From: Vicugna vicugna
Taxonomy: Eukaryota
Length of the DNA: 64,000 nt
Assembly: GCA_013265495.1 (NCBI GenBank)
Contig: MU057801.1
Span: 3,006,765 to 3,070,764 of the forward strand
Direction of reading: 5' to 3'
Positions 37,101-51,224 of this stretch are shown one piece after another. Position 1 is the first letter of the stretch, and the number at the start of each line of letters is the position of its first letter. Position numbers and translations under genes: made by a program. The notes under the pieces are model-generated. The model saw only the letters and a list, made by a program, of their open reading frames with translations. It was not told the origin of the DNA and made no database searches.

Positions 37101-39925
37101 TAAAACAAATAGTAACAGACATAAAGAGAGAACTTGATGGGGATACAATCATAGCATGAGAACTCAACATCACACTAACATCATTGGACAGGTCTTCCAG
37201 ACAGAAAGTCAATAATGCAATGGAGATACTAAATGAAACAATAGAATAGTTGGAACTGGTTGATATTTTCAGGACACTACAACCCTCCAAAACAGAATAT
37301 ACATTCTTTTCAAATGTTTATGGAACTTTCTGTAGGATAGACCAAATACTCAGCCACGAAAGAAACCTCAACAAATTTAAGAGGACAGAAATTATTCCAA
37401 GCATCTTATCTGACAATAATGGCAGGAGACTATAAGTCAACCACAGAAAAACAAATGAGAAAAAAATGACAGCATGGAGACTAAACAACATGCTACTAAA
37501 AAACCAATGGGTCAATGATGGAATCAAAGAAGAAATAAAAAAATACCCTGAGACAAATGACAATGAAAATCCAACCACACAAAATCTATGGCATGCAGCA
37601 AAAACAGTCCTAACAGGGAAGTTCAAAGAGATACAGGCCTTCCTCAAAAAGGGATAAGAATCTCAAATAAACAACTTAACCTATCACCTAGAAGAATTAG
37701 AAAAAGAACAAACAAAACCTAAAGAAAGCAGAAGGAAAGATATATTAAAGATCAGGGAGGAAATAAATAAAACAGAGATTAAAAAACAATAGAAAAAAAT
37801 CAATGAAACCAAGAGTTGGTTTTATGAAAGAGTAAACAAAACTTACAAACCTCTGGCCAGGCTCAACAAGAAGAAAAGAGAAAGTACACAAATAAACAAA
37901 ATAAGAAATGAAAATGGAGAGACTACAACCAACACCACAGAAACACAAAACATCATAAAAGAATACTATGAACACCTATATGGCAATAATTTGGATAACT
38001 CGGAAGAAATGGAGAAGTTTCTAGAAACATACATCCATCAAACATCCATCAAAACTGAATCAAGAATAAACAGATCATATGAACAGACCAATCAGTAGAA
38101 GTGAAATAGAATAAGCAATAAAAAAAAAAGCCTCCCTGCAAACAGAAGTCGAGGATCAGACAGCATCACTGGGGAGTACTACCAAACATACAAAGAAGAG
38201 CACATACCAATCCCTCTCAAACTCTTCCAAAAGATTGAAGAGGAGGGAGTACCCCAAACTCATTCTATGAAGCCATTACCCTGATACTGAAGCCAGACCA
38301 AGACACTACCAAAAAAATAGCTAAAGGCCAATAGTGTTGATGAACATAGATGCAAAAATCCTCAACTAAATAGTAGCAAGCAGAATCTAAAAACACATTA
38401 AAAAGATCATACACTATGATCAAGTTGGATTCATCCCAGGGACAAAGGATGTTTCAACATACATAAATCAATCAAGGTAATACACCACATCAACAAGAGA
38501 AAGGATGAAAATCACATGATCACCTCAATAGATGCAGAAAAAGCATTTAATAAAATTCAACACCAATTTATGATAAAAACTCTCACCAAAGTGGGTATAG
38601 AGGGAACATATCTCAACATAATAAAAACTATATATGACAAACCTACAACCAGCATAATATTCAAGGGTGAAAAGCTGAAAGCCTTTCCTCTAAAATCTGG
38701 AACAAGACAAGGATGCCCACTCTCACATTTCTATTCAATATAGTACTAGAAGTCCTAGCCATAACAATTAGACAGGAAAAATAAAAGTGTTCCAAACTGG
38801 AAGAGAAGAGGTAAAATTATCATTATATGTGGATGACATGATACTATATATAGAAAACCCTAAAAGCTCCACACAAAAACTACTAGAGCTGAGAAAAGAC
38901 TTTGACAAGGTAGCAGGATACAACATTAACATCCATAAGTCAGAGGCATTTCTTTACACTAACAATGAAATATCAGAAAAGGAAAGTAAAGAAACAATCC
39001 CTTTTAAAACTGCATTCAAAAAAGTAAAATATTTAGAAATAAATCTGACCAAGAAAGTTAAAGACTTATATGCAGAGAACTACAAGATGCTAAGGAAATT
39101 AAAGAAGACTTAAAGAAATGGAAAGATATCCCATGTTCTTGGATTGGAAAAATTAATATTGTTAAAATGAGCAAACTACACAAAGCAATCTACAGATTTA
39201 ATGTGATCCCTATCAAATTACCCAGAACATTTTTCACAGAATTAGAACAAATCATAATTAAAATTTATATGGAATCACAAAAGACCCAGAACTGCCCAAA
39301 CATTACTGAAGAAAAAGAACGAAGCTGGAGGAATAACTTTCCCAGACTTCAGAAAATGCTACAGAGCTACAGTAATCAAAACAGCATGATATTGGTACAA
39401 AAACAGACATATGGATCAATGGAACAGAATAGAGAGCCCAGAAATAAATCCACAAACTTTTGGTCAATTAATCTTTGACAAAGGAGGCAAGAACATATAA
39501 TGGAGTAAAGACAGTCTCTTCAGCAAATGGTGCTGGGAAAACTGGACAGCAGTATGTAAATCAGTGAAGCTAGAACACTCCCTCACACCATACACAAAAC
39601 TAAACTCAAAGTGGCTTATAGACTTAAACATAAGACAAGATACTATAAACCTCTTAGAAGAAAACATAGGCAAAACATTATCCAGCATAAATCTCAGCAA
39701 TGTTCTCCTGAGGTAATCTACCCAAACAATAGAAATAGAAGCAAATTTAAACAAATGGAACCTAATTAAAGTTACAAGCTTTTTCACAGCAAAGGAAACC
39801 GTAAGCAAAACAAAAAGACAGCCTACAGAATGGGAGAAAATATTTACAAAAGACGAGACTGACAGGGGCTTAATCTCCAGAATATATAAACAGCTCAAAC
39901 AGCTGAATAAGAAAAAACAAACCCA
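34147..39925 (+). mobile_element. Near full-length L1, 5' part: 5'UTR, ORF1 (35405-36291, frameshifted), ORF2 (from 36736, disrupted)
   Basis: ggggaggagccaagat start; ORF1 MKKQRNHSQLKEQ...IIGVPEGEE...TPRHIII; ORF2 EN (ICCLQET) and RT ([14 protein letters not shown]) motifs with stops and frameshifts. Confidence 0.97.
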
Positions 39926-42900
39926 GAGAAGCAAGATGGCGGAGTAGAAGGACGCTTGTAGCTCACCTTCTCCCACAAATACACCAAAACTCACATCTAC
40001 AGACCCACCCAACCAACCAGAGCACCTGCCAAACTCTGACAGAACATCGCCCTCTTTGAAAGACAAAGATGCCAAAAATCTGGTAGGAGAAAAGGAAAAA
40101 AGAAAGAAGAAAAAGCAAAACAGTGTGGGACTGGTCCTGCAGGGAGGGAACAGCAGAGGAGGACTGGCACTTGTTCGCTGGGTCTCCCCTCTCCGAGAGA
40201 CCAACAAGATGGAGGGGGAGCCTCCGAGGCTCAGATCTGCCCTGAGCATCTCTTGACCAACAGAACTGAGTTAAACAGGCACGAAGAGTCCCAATGACAC
40301 CCAGCCTGAGATGCGAGCCGGCAGCTGGGGCCGGGGCAGGCCGCCCAAGCCAGGTGAAGGACTGAGGCGGCTGCACTGAGGCAGTCTAGGGGACTGCAGG
40401 AGGCTGTGTGCCGTGGCTGGGAGGGGATATGGAGCAGAACCACCTCAGTCCCCCATAAATTGCAAAAAAAGCAAAGCAACACGGCTGGTGTGCCCTGGGG
40501 GGAGGGGTGCCGTAGCCTTTGTCTCCTCAGACCTGTGGAGCCATTACTGGCACTTCTCATGAGAAGAGAGGCAGGGCGCAGCCACAGCTGCCATCTCCTC
40601 CTGTGCACAGCGCCTGGGTGGGGGCGGGGCCAAGGCTGAGGCCTGAATTCGCATCTGGGGCTCCACAACCTCCTAGGCATGATTGAAACTTGTTTACAGC
40701 CCAAGGCAGATAGTATCTTTCTGCCCTGGCACCTCAGAGAACTCGGGCTGCCAAGACAAACACGGAGCTGAGATTTGGCATGGAGCAGGGGCAGGGCTGT
40801 TCTGCGGTCTTCCCTGAGCCCGCCTTTGGAGCACTGACCCGAGGCAGAGCGGGCAGCTGCACAGAGCAGCAGAGCAACCGGCGCTGGGAGAGGGCAGATG
40901 GCCACCTGCCTTCCTGACAGGAACGCAGCACCTGACCACGGTGCTGGGAGGGGGCGCGATCCGCCCACCTGCTTCACCGCATCTGACTCCGCATTGGGAG
41001 GGGGAGTGACCCGCCTGCCCACTGGGTAAGAGCTCAGCACCTGTCCCAGTGTTGGGAGGGGGCGCGATCTGCTAACCGACAGCCACTGGGAGCAGCACAG
41101 ATGAGGGTGCCAACAGGGGGCCTCTGGAAACAGCAAGCTGAGTTCACAAAACAGGGCGAAGACACAAAGACCTCTCAATAAAATCATTAAGAGCACAGCG
41201 TCTCCAGGAGAACTAGATAACTGATACTCCTTAAACCACAGTGCCAGAGAGATATGAGCAATATAAAGAAGCAGAGGAACCACTCCCAATTAAAAGATCA
41301 AGAGAAATCCCCTGAAAGCACAATCAAGGAAATAGGCACTGATGGCCTACTAGATCAAGATTTCAAAAAAAGGAGTGATCAAAGTACTTAAGGAACTAAA
41401 AGAAATAGTGTTTAGAGATATAAAATATGTCAAAAGTGAAATAGAAGCTATAAAGGAGAACCAAGTAGAATTAGTAAACTCATTTGTTGAGATGAGAGCT
41501 GACCCAAAGGCTGTACAAAGCAGGCTAGATAATGCAGAGGAACGAATAAGTGACCTAGAAGACAGGACAACAGGAAGCACTCAATCAGAACAGCTGAGAG
41601 AAAAACAAATAAAAAACAATGAAAACAATATAAGGGACCTATGGGATAATATAAAGTGTGCCAATCTATGCATAATAGGGGTTCCAGAAGGGGAAAAAAG
41701 AACAAAGGGGATTGAAAAAGTATTTGAAGAAATCATGACTGAAAACGTCCCAAACCTAAAGAAAGAATCAGATATCCAAGCACAGGAAGCTCAGAGGGTC
41801 CCAAACAGGAAGAACCCAAACAGACCCACACCAAGACATATCATAATCAAGATGGCCAGAGTCAAAGATAAAGAAATGATCCTAAAGGCAGCAAGAGAAA
41901 AACAAAGAGTGAGTTACAAGGGAACCCCCATAAGGCTCTCAGCTGATTTCTCTGCACAAACACTACAGGCCAGAAGGGAGTGGCAAGATATATTCAAAGT
42001 TCCGAATGAAAAAAGATGCAGCCTAGGATACTTTATTCAGCAAGGCTATCCTTTAGAATAGAAGGAGAGATAAATGACTTCACAGACAAGCAAAAACTGA
42101 AAGAGTTTAGCAACACTAAACCCATGCTAAAAGAAATATTGACAGGTCTACTCTAAATAGAAAAGCAACAGGATGCTACAAAAATGAGAAACTCACAACT
42201 GGAAAGGTGATAACCACCATGAATTCCAAATAGAATAAACACAGAATTGTAAAAGAAGACATCTAAATCATTAAGAGTGGGAGAGGGAAGCAAGGAAAGC
42301 CACTGTGGAAAACAGTATGGAGATTCCTCAAAAGACTAAAAATAAACTTACCATATGATCCAGCTACCCCACTCCTGGGCATATATCTAGAGGGAACTTT
42401 AATTCGAAAAGATACATGCACCCCAATGTTCATAGCAGCACTACTTACAATTGCCAAGACAGGGAAACAACCTAAATGTCCATCAATAGATGACTGGATA
42501 AAGAAATTGTGGCACATTTTAACAAAGGAATACTACTCAGCCATAAAGAAGAATATAATAATGCAATTTGCAGCAACCTGGATAAACCTGGAGAATATTA
42601 TTATAAGAGAAGTATGCCAGAAAGAGAAAGAAAAATTCCATATGATATCACTTACATGTGTAATCTAAAAAAAGACAAACTTATTTACAAAACTGAAACA
42701 GACTCACAGACACAGTAAACAATCTATGGTTACCAGGTGGGTACGGATGTGGAAAGGGATAAACTGGGAGTTTGAGATTTGCAGATACTAATTACTATAT
42801 ATAAAATAGATAAACAACAAGTTTATACTGTATAGCACAGGAAACTATATTTAATATCTTGTGGTAACTTATGGTTAAGAAGAACATGAAAATGAATACA

Positions 42901-42981
42901 TGTATGTTCCTATATGACTGAAGTATTGTGCTACACCAGAAATTGACACAACATTGTAAACTGACTATACTTAAATAAAAA
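39926..42981 (+). mobile_element. Nested L1 with 5'UTR and ORF1 (41254-42156, frameshifted) joined directly to the extreme 3' end; ORF2 almost entirely missing
   Basis: Starts gagaagcaagatggcggag with an intact YY1-type CAAGATGGC. Junction ...gcaaggaaa|gccactgtggaaaacag at about 42298/42299. Ends ctgactatacttaaataaaaa. Confidence 0.93.
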
Positions 42982-42990
42982 TATATTTTT

Positions 42991-43929
42991 AAAAATGGGC
43001 AGAAGACAGACATTTCTTCTAAATAGACATTTCTCCATTGAAGACATACAGACGGTGAACAGGAACATGACAAGATGCTCAGTATCACTAATTATTAGGG
43101 AAATGCAAATCAAAAACTACTATGAGGTTTCACCTGTCACCAGGTAAATGGCCATCATTAAAAAGTCCACAAATGATAAATGCTGCAGAGGATGTGGTGA
43201 AAAGGGAACCCTCCTATACTGTTGGAGGGAATATAAATTGGTGCAGCCACTTTAAAGACAGTATGGAAGTTCCTTTAAAAACTAATAGTTACCATGTGAT
43301 GCAGCAATACTACTCCCGGACGTGTATCTAGAGAAAAACGTAATTCAAAAAGACATCTGCACCCCAGTGTTCACAGCAGCACTATTTACAACAGCCAACA
43401 CATAGAAACAGCCTACATGTCCATTGATAGATGAGTGGATAAAAAAGTTGTGGTAAATTTCTACAATGGAATGCTACCCAACTATAAAATATTATAAAAT
43501 AATATCATTTGCAGCAACATGGATGGACCTGGAGATCATCATTATAAGTGAAGTAAGCCAGACAGAGAAAGAAAATACTACATGATATCACTTAGATGTG
43601 GAATCTTAAAAAAAAAAAAAGATACAAATGAACTTATAGAAACAGACTGACAGACATAGAAAACAAACTTATGATTCCCAGGGGCGAAAGCGAGTGGGAA
43701 AGGATAAATTGGGAATTTGAAATTTGCAGATACTAACTACTATATATAAAATAGATAAACAACAAGTGTATACTGTGCAGCACAGGGAACTATATTCAAT
43801 TTCTTGTGACCTATAATGAAAAAGAACATGGAAACAAATATATGTATACATATGTATGACTTAAGCATTATGCTGTATAGTACAAATTGACACAACATTG
43901 TAACTGACTATATTTCAGTGAAAAAAAAA
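42991..43929 (+). mobile_element. L1 3' part resuming where the 34147 element was interrupted
   Basis: aaaaatgggcagaagac normally follows aaacaaaccca (39925; compare 8341-8372). Ends in 3'UTR and poly-A. Confidence 0.9.
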
Positions 43930-45659
43930 TGAAGATAGAACACAAAATACAATTTGGGGACCTGTGGACATTATGGAAGAACTGGAGAGACCAGCTTCAA
44001 TTGGATTAAGTCAAGAGGCTTCTATTACCTTTCACAGATGGACAGAATGAAGATGCAAAGCAGACGGTAACTGACGTTTGGAGACCACAGAGAAAACGGA
44101 GACGGGTTAGGCTGGGGCCACCACTCAGCGCGTGAGTCCCACGGGCCTCTGGCCTGTGCTTCTGCATTGTATGCCCTACGCCTTGTAATGAACATCTGAG
44201 TTGTACAGAGATGAGAGAGGTTACACCTGCAGACCCTGAATTCACCGTGAAGCCTGTCTAATCCTGCAGGATTCTGAGCACTGCTGGAAGGCTCTCTGCC
44301 ATTTTAATAATAACAGATCTATCACCAATTTATCGAGCATTTGCTGTATAGAAGGCATTTTACATATCGACTGACTGGAACTCTTAAAAATTCTGAAGAA
44401 TTGTTGAGACATTTCACAGGTCAGAAACTTGAGGTTTCTGTCAGGCTGATCCATCCACAGTCATGGTTAAGACATGGTTCAGTGACACTGTCTGCCCTAG
44501 ACACCTAAAACTGGTGAAAAGGACAGCTTTGTTACATGTTCTCAAAATACACAATAACCAGTGAAGAGTCATGACTTTATCTGAGCATGTCCATGGTATT
44601 TCACACCATACCTCATGTGATAATTTTTTCAATAAACATTCATTGTTCTCAGTGTCTGTACATCCCTGATTGTATCTGAAGGGTATAAAAGAGTAGGCAG
44701 AGAAGCAGCAAACAAGGTCTGAGCCGACTGCACACAAAGCCCCTGGCCCAGCACCATCATGTCAACTCCGCACACAGAACTGGCCAGGGAAGCCCCATCG
44801 GAGCTGAGTGTCTGTGAACTTTTACCAAGCAGTGACCTGGAGGAAGTAGAGTGGATTTCCATCAAGAGTCACAGGCCTTGTGGATTCATCCTGGAGAAAG
44901 TTCTTCAGAGACGTGGTGCTAGAAGACACCAGCCGTCTGGTCTCAGTGAGTCTGTCAACAATGACGTCTTTACTCAAGTAACCAGACAAGCTTCCACATG
45001 CCCCAGACCTCAGTCAGCCCCTATTCATGTCTGGTCAAAGCCATGGCAGCTGTCTGAAGGTGTCTGCCTCTAGTTTGTCCCTCACTACACTGGAGCCTTC
45101 CTGATCATAATTCTTGTACTCAGTTCTTCCTTGTGTTCAATCTCTAAGACACAAAATGGTGCTGGAAAATCAGTGCCTATTTCTTTCATGAATGAGTAAG
45201 TGGATTAAAGATTTACTAAGTAAGTGTAACACTCTAAGCATTAAGCTGTGTGAATGAAAGAGTAGACACACACACAGTAGAAAGAGAGACACTTCCCTTT
45301 TCTACACAGAACTTAGATTGTTCTGGTGGAGCTAACATTTATTGGATTGTTTTTGACAAAAAAAAAGTTCAATCAACTGTGGAGTCATCTAGTTCCTTTC
45401 TAGTTGAAAACACTGAGTGTTCTCCACTCTGTGTTTGCTCTTAGTTCTCCTTGCACTGGCAACAGAAGGGTCCCACTGTCTTGTGTTGGAATCAGGGTGA
45501 TCTTCCTGCTCTGGTGAAACCGTGAATGTTTTCAGTTTTCAAGGTGTTTTTCTTCCAGCAGATATTCCTTATGGCTCAGTGCAGACTGAGCAGGAAATAA
45601 AAGTCAACATCCAGCTTCTCTCTGGAAGGAGCTCTGTAAGTCATTCTGATCAAAGATTA

Positions 45660-46400
45660 TTTTGCTTGTAAATTAGCTAAACTCCCTAATTAAAAGATAC
45701 GTAGTAGCTGAGTGGATTAAAAAGCCAAAATCCAGCTGTATGCTGTCTACAAGAATTCATTTTAGATTTATGGACACACATAGGCTGGAAGTGAAGTGAT
45801 GGAAAAAGATATTCCATGAAAATGATGACTAAAACAAAGCAGGAGTGGCTAAACTTCTCCTGCACAAAGTTGGCTTTAAGCCAGAAATGGTCACCAGGGA
45901 CAAAAATGTATTATGCGATAATAACAGTCAACTTATTAGCAAGTTACAACAATTTCAAGCATTTACACACACCTGACATCATCATCTAAGAAGGTAAAGC
46001 AAACAGTGGCAGATCTAACAGGAGAAACTGAGTGCAACACAACAGCAGGCATTTCTATATCTGACCTTCAACCCTGAATAGAACGTTGAGGCAGAAATCA
46101 GTAAACAGTCAGTGGACCTGACCAGCGCTTCAGACAAGCGGACCCAACAGACATACACAGAGCCTTCCGTCTAGCTGCAGAATAACTGGCTCTTTTAAAG
46201 TGACGACAGAATATTCTCCAGGATAGACACACGTTATGTCACAAAAGGCGCCTTACAAATTGAAGAATCTTTTGTGATGTAATGAAATGAAACTAGAAAC
46301 CAAAGCATAAATATAGAAAACCCCACAAATACAAGGAAACTAACACAATCTCAAAAACCACTGGGTCACAGGGGAAATCGAGAGAACTGCTGATTATAAA
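45660..46400 (+). mobile_element. Old L1 ORF2 endonuclease fragment
   Basis: tatgctgtctacaagaattcattttaga...ggaaaaagatattccatg...ttctccaggatagac. Confidence 0.8.
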
Positions 46401-48199
46401 ATCTGAATTTGAGAAGGTATCACTCACCTCTTCTCTCCAAGGGTCTTAGATAAAACTAGACTCACCGCAAGGCAGGCGATATCTGTTATTCATGACTTAT
46501 TAACGGTGACCAATGGCAAATCGTACCCGGGCCTGGAACTTAACGCCTCTCGTGTGAAACATTTTACTAGGTGGTTAAGAGTATTGGTTTTCAAACTGAG
46601 CCCATGTTCTCAGTGTTCTGCGTAGAAGTCAGTGAATGAACTGTGACTGTCTATTGCTCACTGCAGTCTCGGAGGACCCTGAAGCAATGCCCCGCCCTGC
46701 ACGTGACTGAACAGGCTTCGTGCGGACTTGGGGTTAGCAGGTGCAGATTCTCTCACAACGACACACCTCGGATGTCCATTACCAGACGCGTGGACAAAGT
46801 CAGCATCACAAGCCGGTGGCTGCAGGGACTTCTCCACTGAAAGATGGCCCTATTCTGACCCTCCTGTGGCCTGAGGGCTCCCATTTCTTTCTACGTCTCG
46901 GCTTTGATGGTCATACAGCACTGCTTCCCCAGGGTCGCACTCACTCCCACTGGTCTGACAGTAACAGGACCTTCCAATAAGGTTCACATATTTCAGTCCT
47001 TTGAAAATGTCCACAGGACCCTACGTGCTGCTCTATCTACTGCAGTTTTTCTCATCCACATATAGTCAAATTTAAGGAAAAAATATAACTTATACATTGT
47101 TTTCCAGTGTTTAAATGTGAACAAAGTTTACTTACAAAATGAAAACAGGATGGGTTTGTACAATAGGGAAGGTAAGTGTCCTATTTAAAATTGGCAGCCG
47201 TTTTCAGAGGACGCAGTTACTAATCAGAACTATGACACTGAATCCGGGTCAGATCGCTGACCCCTCACCACCCTCCATGCTCCACACTCACAGGAGCGCT
47301 GCTGTTGTCCTCTGTGCCTCCTGCGCCTGCGCTGTGTTCAGCTGACCGCATTCTGACACGTGTGCCAGCACAACTAGACAGTGAGCCTCTGCTTCCTCAG
47401 TCTCCCTCCACTGTGTTCACCAAGTGACTAATGCACATCAGACGCCAACCGGTCGTGAGTGAGGCAACTTTCTCCTGTGCCCAAGGGACTCAGTGAGACA
47501 AAGACAGCCACTCTCATTTCAGCGTAAGGTGGAGACTTTCAACAAAACTGGGAGCTGAGGACAAATACTGGGAAGGAGAGTATTCAGTTTCTGGGCCAAA
47601 AAATCTCAGGAACCTAGGGAAGCATAACCAGAGCCTCTTAAGGCTTTTATTACTTCTTGGTTTTACACAGAAGACTCAGGCCAGTGGAGAAGCCTGCTCA
47701 CTACTGGCAGCAGAGGAAGAGGAAGGGCCTGCTTCTCTGTGACTGCACCGTCAGGATCACAGCTGCCCTCCATCAGGCTCTGGGTTTTCACCCACACAGA
47801 TTTCAAGCACCAAGAAGACACAACTGAACAAGAAGAAAGAAGCCACGACATTTCACAGTTTTCCACAGAAGCCAGGCTCCCCTGCCACGAGTCCCCTAAG
47901 CGTCACCTGGCACTGCACCCTAAGAGGGGCAGGGACCACTTCTCCTCTCCCAGACTCAGCAGTAGTACGGCTTTACATGCTGCTGCTCATACAGAACAAA
48001 AGAAAAAACACAATCAACAGACACAGAAAAGACACTGAACAACTTAGGTGTAGAATGAATGTAACTCAAGGCCACGCTTCAACACATACTCAGCAGCGGA
48101 AGTCCGAAACCCTCCCCCCAGTGTCAGGAGCAATGCAAGGCAGCTCACCTCCTCCGCACACTCAGCACGTTCGCGGGAGCCCTCGCCAGGGCAGTCAGG

Positions 48200-51100
48200 C
48201 GAGGAAGGGATGTGGAAGGCATCAAAGCTGGAAAATAAGAGATGCAATGTCTCTATTTTAAGGTAACATGGTTTTATATACAGAAAGTCCTAAAAACTTC
48301 ACCAAAAACGTGTCAGAACTAATCAACATACTCAGTAAAGTTGTGGAATAAAAATTTAAAGTGCAAAAGTCAGTCGTATTTCTACATACTGAAAATTATC
48401 TGAAAAAGAAAGAAAGCAATTCCATTTATAACAGCATCGAAAACAATAAAATAATAAGGAATAAATTTATCCAAGGGGATAAAAGATCACTACAATACAC
48501 TGATGAAAGAAATGGAACAAGACAGATATAAATGTAAAGTTATCCCTTGTCCGTGGGTTGGAAGAATTAATATTGTTAAAATGTCCCTACTACCCAAAGC
48601 CATTATTGATTTAGTGCAATCCCTACCAAAATCCAGTGGCATTTTTTAAAACTAGGGGAAAAAATACAAAAATGTATAAAGAACCACAAAATACCCTGTA
48701 TATACAATGCTGGAGGTATCACAGTAGCATGGTGCTGTCTTATAAGGAATGCCCAATCGAGTTTTTTTAAGCAGACATGAAAGGATGCTAATAGACCTCA
48801 TAAAAACATATGAATGTAGGTGTTAAGCCCACTGTTAAGGGTAAATATATAGTGAAAATCAGATTCTATAATATTGTAATGGTGATGTGTGACTCACAAC
48901 TCTAGTTTGAAAGCTAAAAAAAAATTACAAAGTAACCATAACTAATTTGTTATTAGATACACAATATAAAAATATGGTAGTTGTGACATCAATATGCCTC
49001 ATGATAACCAGAAAGGAAAAACCTGTGGTCGTCACACAAAGATGATGATAAAGGATCTAAGCGAACCTCTGCAAAGAGTGCCAGGGTCCCAAAGACGACA
49101 GCAAGAAAGCGCGAGGAACCAGGGATTATAAAGCAGACCCAGCATCAACACCAAGGCAGCAGGACGCTGCTCTCTGTCAATGATCACTCTAATGTAAATG
49201 GATTAAATTCCCCAGTGAAAACACTAATAAGTGGATGGACATAAAAACACAATCCAATGCTATGCTGCCTGTAAGAGGCTCACATTGGCTTTAAGAGCAC
49301 ACACAGGCGAGTGAAGGGGTGGAAAAATGTGTGACACAATGGCAACCAAAAGAAAGTGGGGGTAGCTAGTCGTAGACAACACAGGCTTTAAACATGGTCA
49401 AAAGCAACAGAGACAACAATTACATGATGACAGAGGGTCAATCTACCGAGAAGACACAATCGTCAATATTTATGCCCCACACATTGGAGCACTTAAATAT
49501 ATAAATCAAATGCAAATAGAACTAGAAGGAAGTCTACGCAGAAGCACCACTGCAGTCAGGGGCTTCCCACGGCGAACTCCTAACGCGGAGCCGTCACCCA
49601 GAGTTTCGGCAGGAGGGCAGCAGGTGCGAGCAAGCTCTTAGACGAAGTCAGCGGAAGAAGGGGAATGACAAAGGCTGAAGCAGGAATAGATGCAACAGGG
49701 AGCAGAAAGAACAGCAGAGAAAAAACTAAGCGTTGCTTCTTATGAAAGATAAACCAAACTGACAAACATTTAGCTAGACTAACTGAAAAAAGACACAAAT
49801 CAATGAAATTCTACTTTTAAAAAGAATCTTTTTAAGGGAGGTGCTGGGGACTGAACCCAGGACCCCGTGTGTGCTAAGCATGCGCTCTGCCGCTGAGCTA
49901 TTACCTACCCTCCAGGTCAACAAAGTTTTAAATGAAGGAGGAAACACTACAATTGGTACCATAGGAACATAAATAATCACAATAGACTATTATGAAAAAC
50001 TACACGGCAACAAACTGAATAACCGAGATGAAATGGGTCAATTTCTAGAATCATGCAACGTATAAAGAGTGAATCCCGAAGAAATAGAAAATTTGAACAA
50101 TTATGAGTAAGGAGATTGAATCAGTAATTAATAACTGCCCAACACAGAGAATCTCAGGATGAGATGGCTTCCCTGGTGAAGCCTACCAAACATTTACAGA
50201 ATTAATACCAATCCTTATCAAACTCTCAAAAACTCAGAGTGGAGTCAACACCCCTGAACTCATTTCACAAGGCCTCATCGCCCAATACCGTTGCGAGGTG
50301 TGGACACTACAGAAAAAGGAAACTGCAAGCCCGTATCCTTGATGAATGTGGATGTAAAAATGCTTAAACGCTAGCAGACCGAATTCAGCAGCAACTTAAA
50401 AGAACCGTACACCGTGATTAAATAGAATTTATCTGTGGATGCAAGAATGTTTCAATATATGCAAATTAATAAATGATAAATCATATTACAGAATAAAAAT
50501 GCAATTCATATGATCATCTCAGTAGATGCAGAAGTATTTGACAAAACTGAATATCTGTTTATGATAATAATGCTCAACAAATTAGGTATAGAAGGAAAGT
50601 ATCTAGGCTTCCCACTGGGGGGGAAGCCTCATTTATAATTCAAAATAATAAGTTTGTACTCACACACATTTCGGGGCAGAGTGTATACCATGTGAGTGAC
50701 CCAAAAATTCCAAGACAAGAATTTAAGTTAAAGTGGTCCAAGTCAGTATAGCACTCCTGGAAACCTGGCCAAACTAAATGTAAACTCTCTCTGGGGAATG
50801 TACCTTAATCCTAGGACTCTAATCATTCCTAGAGCTAAACCTCCAAGCACCATGGGGTACAAGGTCACTAAACACACAAAGAAACAAGCTGCCATAACCA
50901 TTCAAACCTGCAAAGATTACTGACATTGGAATTTTGTTACATATATAAAATGCGTATGTTTCACTTACTTTTAAAAACAGAAAAGGGGATTTGAAGTATA
51001 GAGAGCAGATTCCCCACAAAGTAACTGTTGGATTAGTATCTGATTTCTCAACAGCAACAATGAAAGCCAGAGACAAAAAATACTATTTTCAGCAGAATAA

Positions 51101-51200
51101 GAGAGAGTAACTGTCAGCTTTAGCCAGCGAAATGATTCTTAAAAAATGAGGGCGAAATAAAGACATTTTCAAACGAAACTGAAGGAGTTTGCTATTACTA
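48200..51200 (+). mobile_element. Fragmented old L1 ORF2/ORF1 pieces
   Basis: Degraded RT, EN and ORF1 C-terminal phrases (gggttggaagaattaatattgttaaaatgtc, gatggcttccctggtgaa, aaatgagggcgaaataaagacatttt). Confidence 0.75.
49829..49913 (-). mobile_element. tRNA-derived SINE (vic-1 type, short form)
   Basis: Antisense gctggggactgaacccaggacccc...ctaagcatgcgctctgccgctgagcta. Confidence 0.85.
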
Positions 51201-51224
51201 GATCCTGTATTTGGACCTATTTCT

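Noticed and set aside
39464..41289. 261-aa and 352-aa minus-strand ORFs
   Set aside because: Antisense to L1 ORF2 and 5'UTR sequence.
46420..47700. Possible KRAB-ZNF (ZNF337-like) exon scraps
   Set aside because: Only isolated donor-like and linker-like words. No KRAB box or C2H2 repeat could be read.
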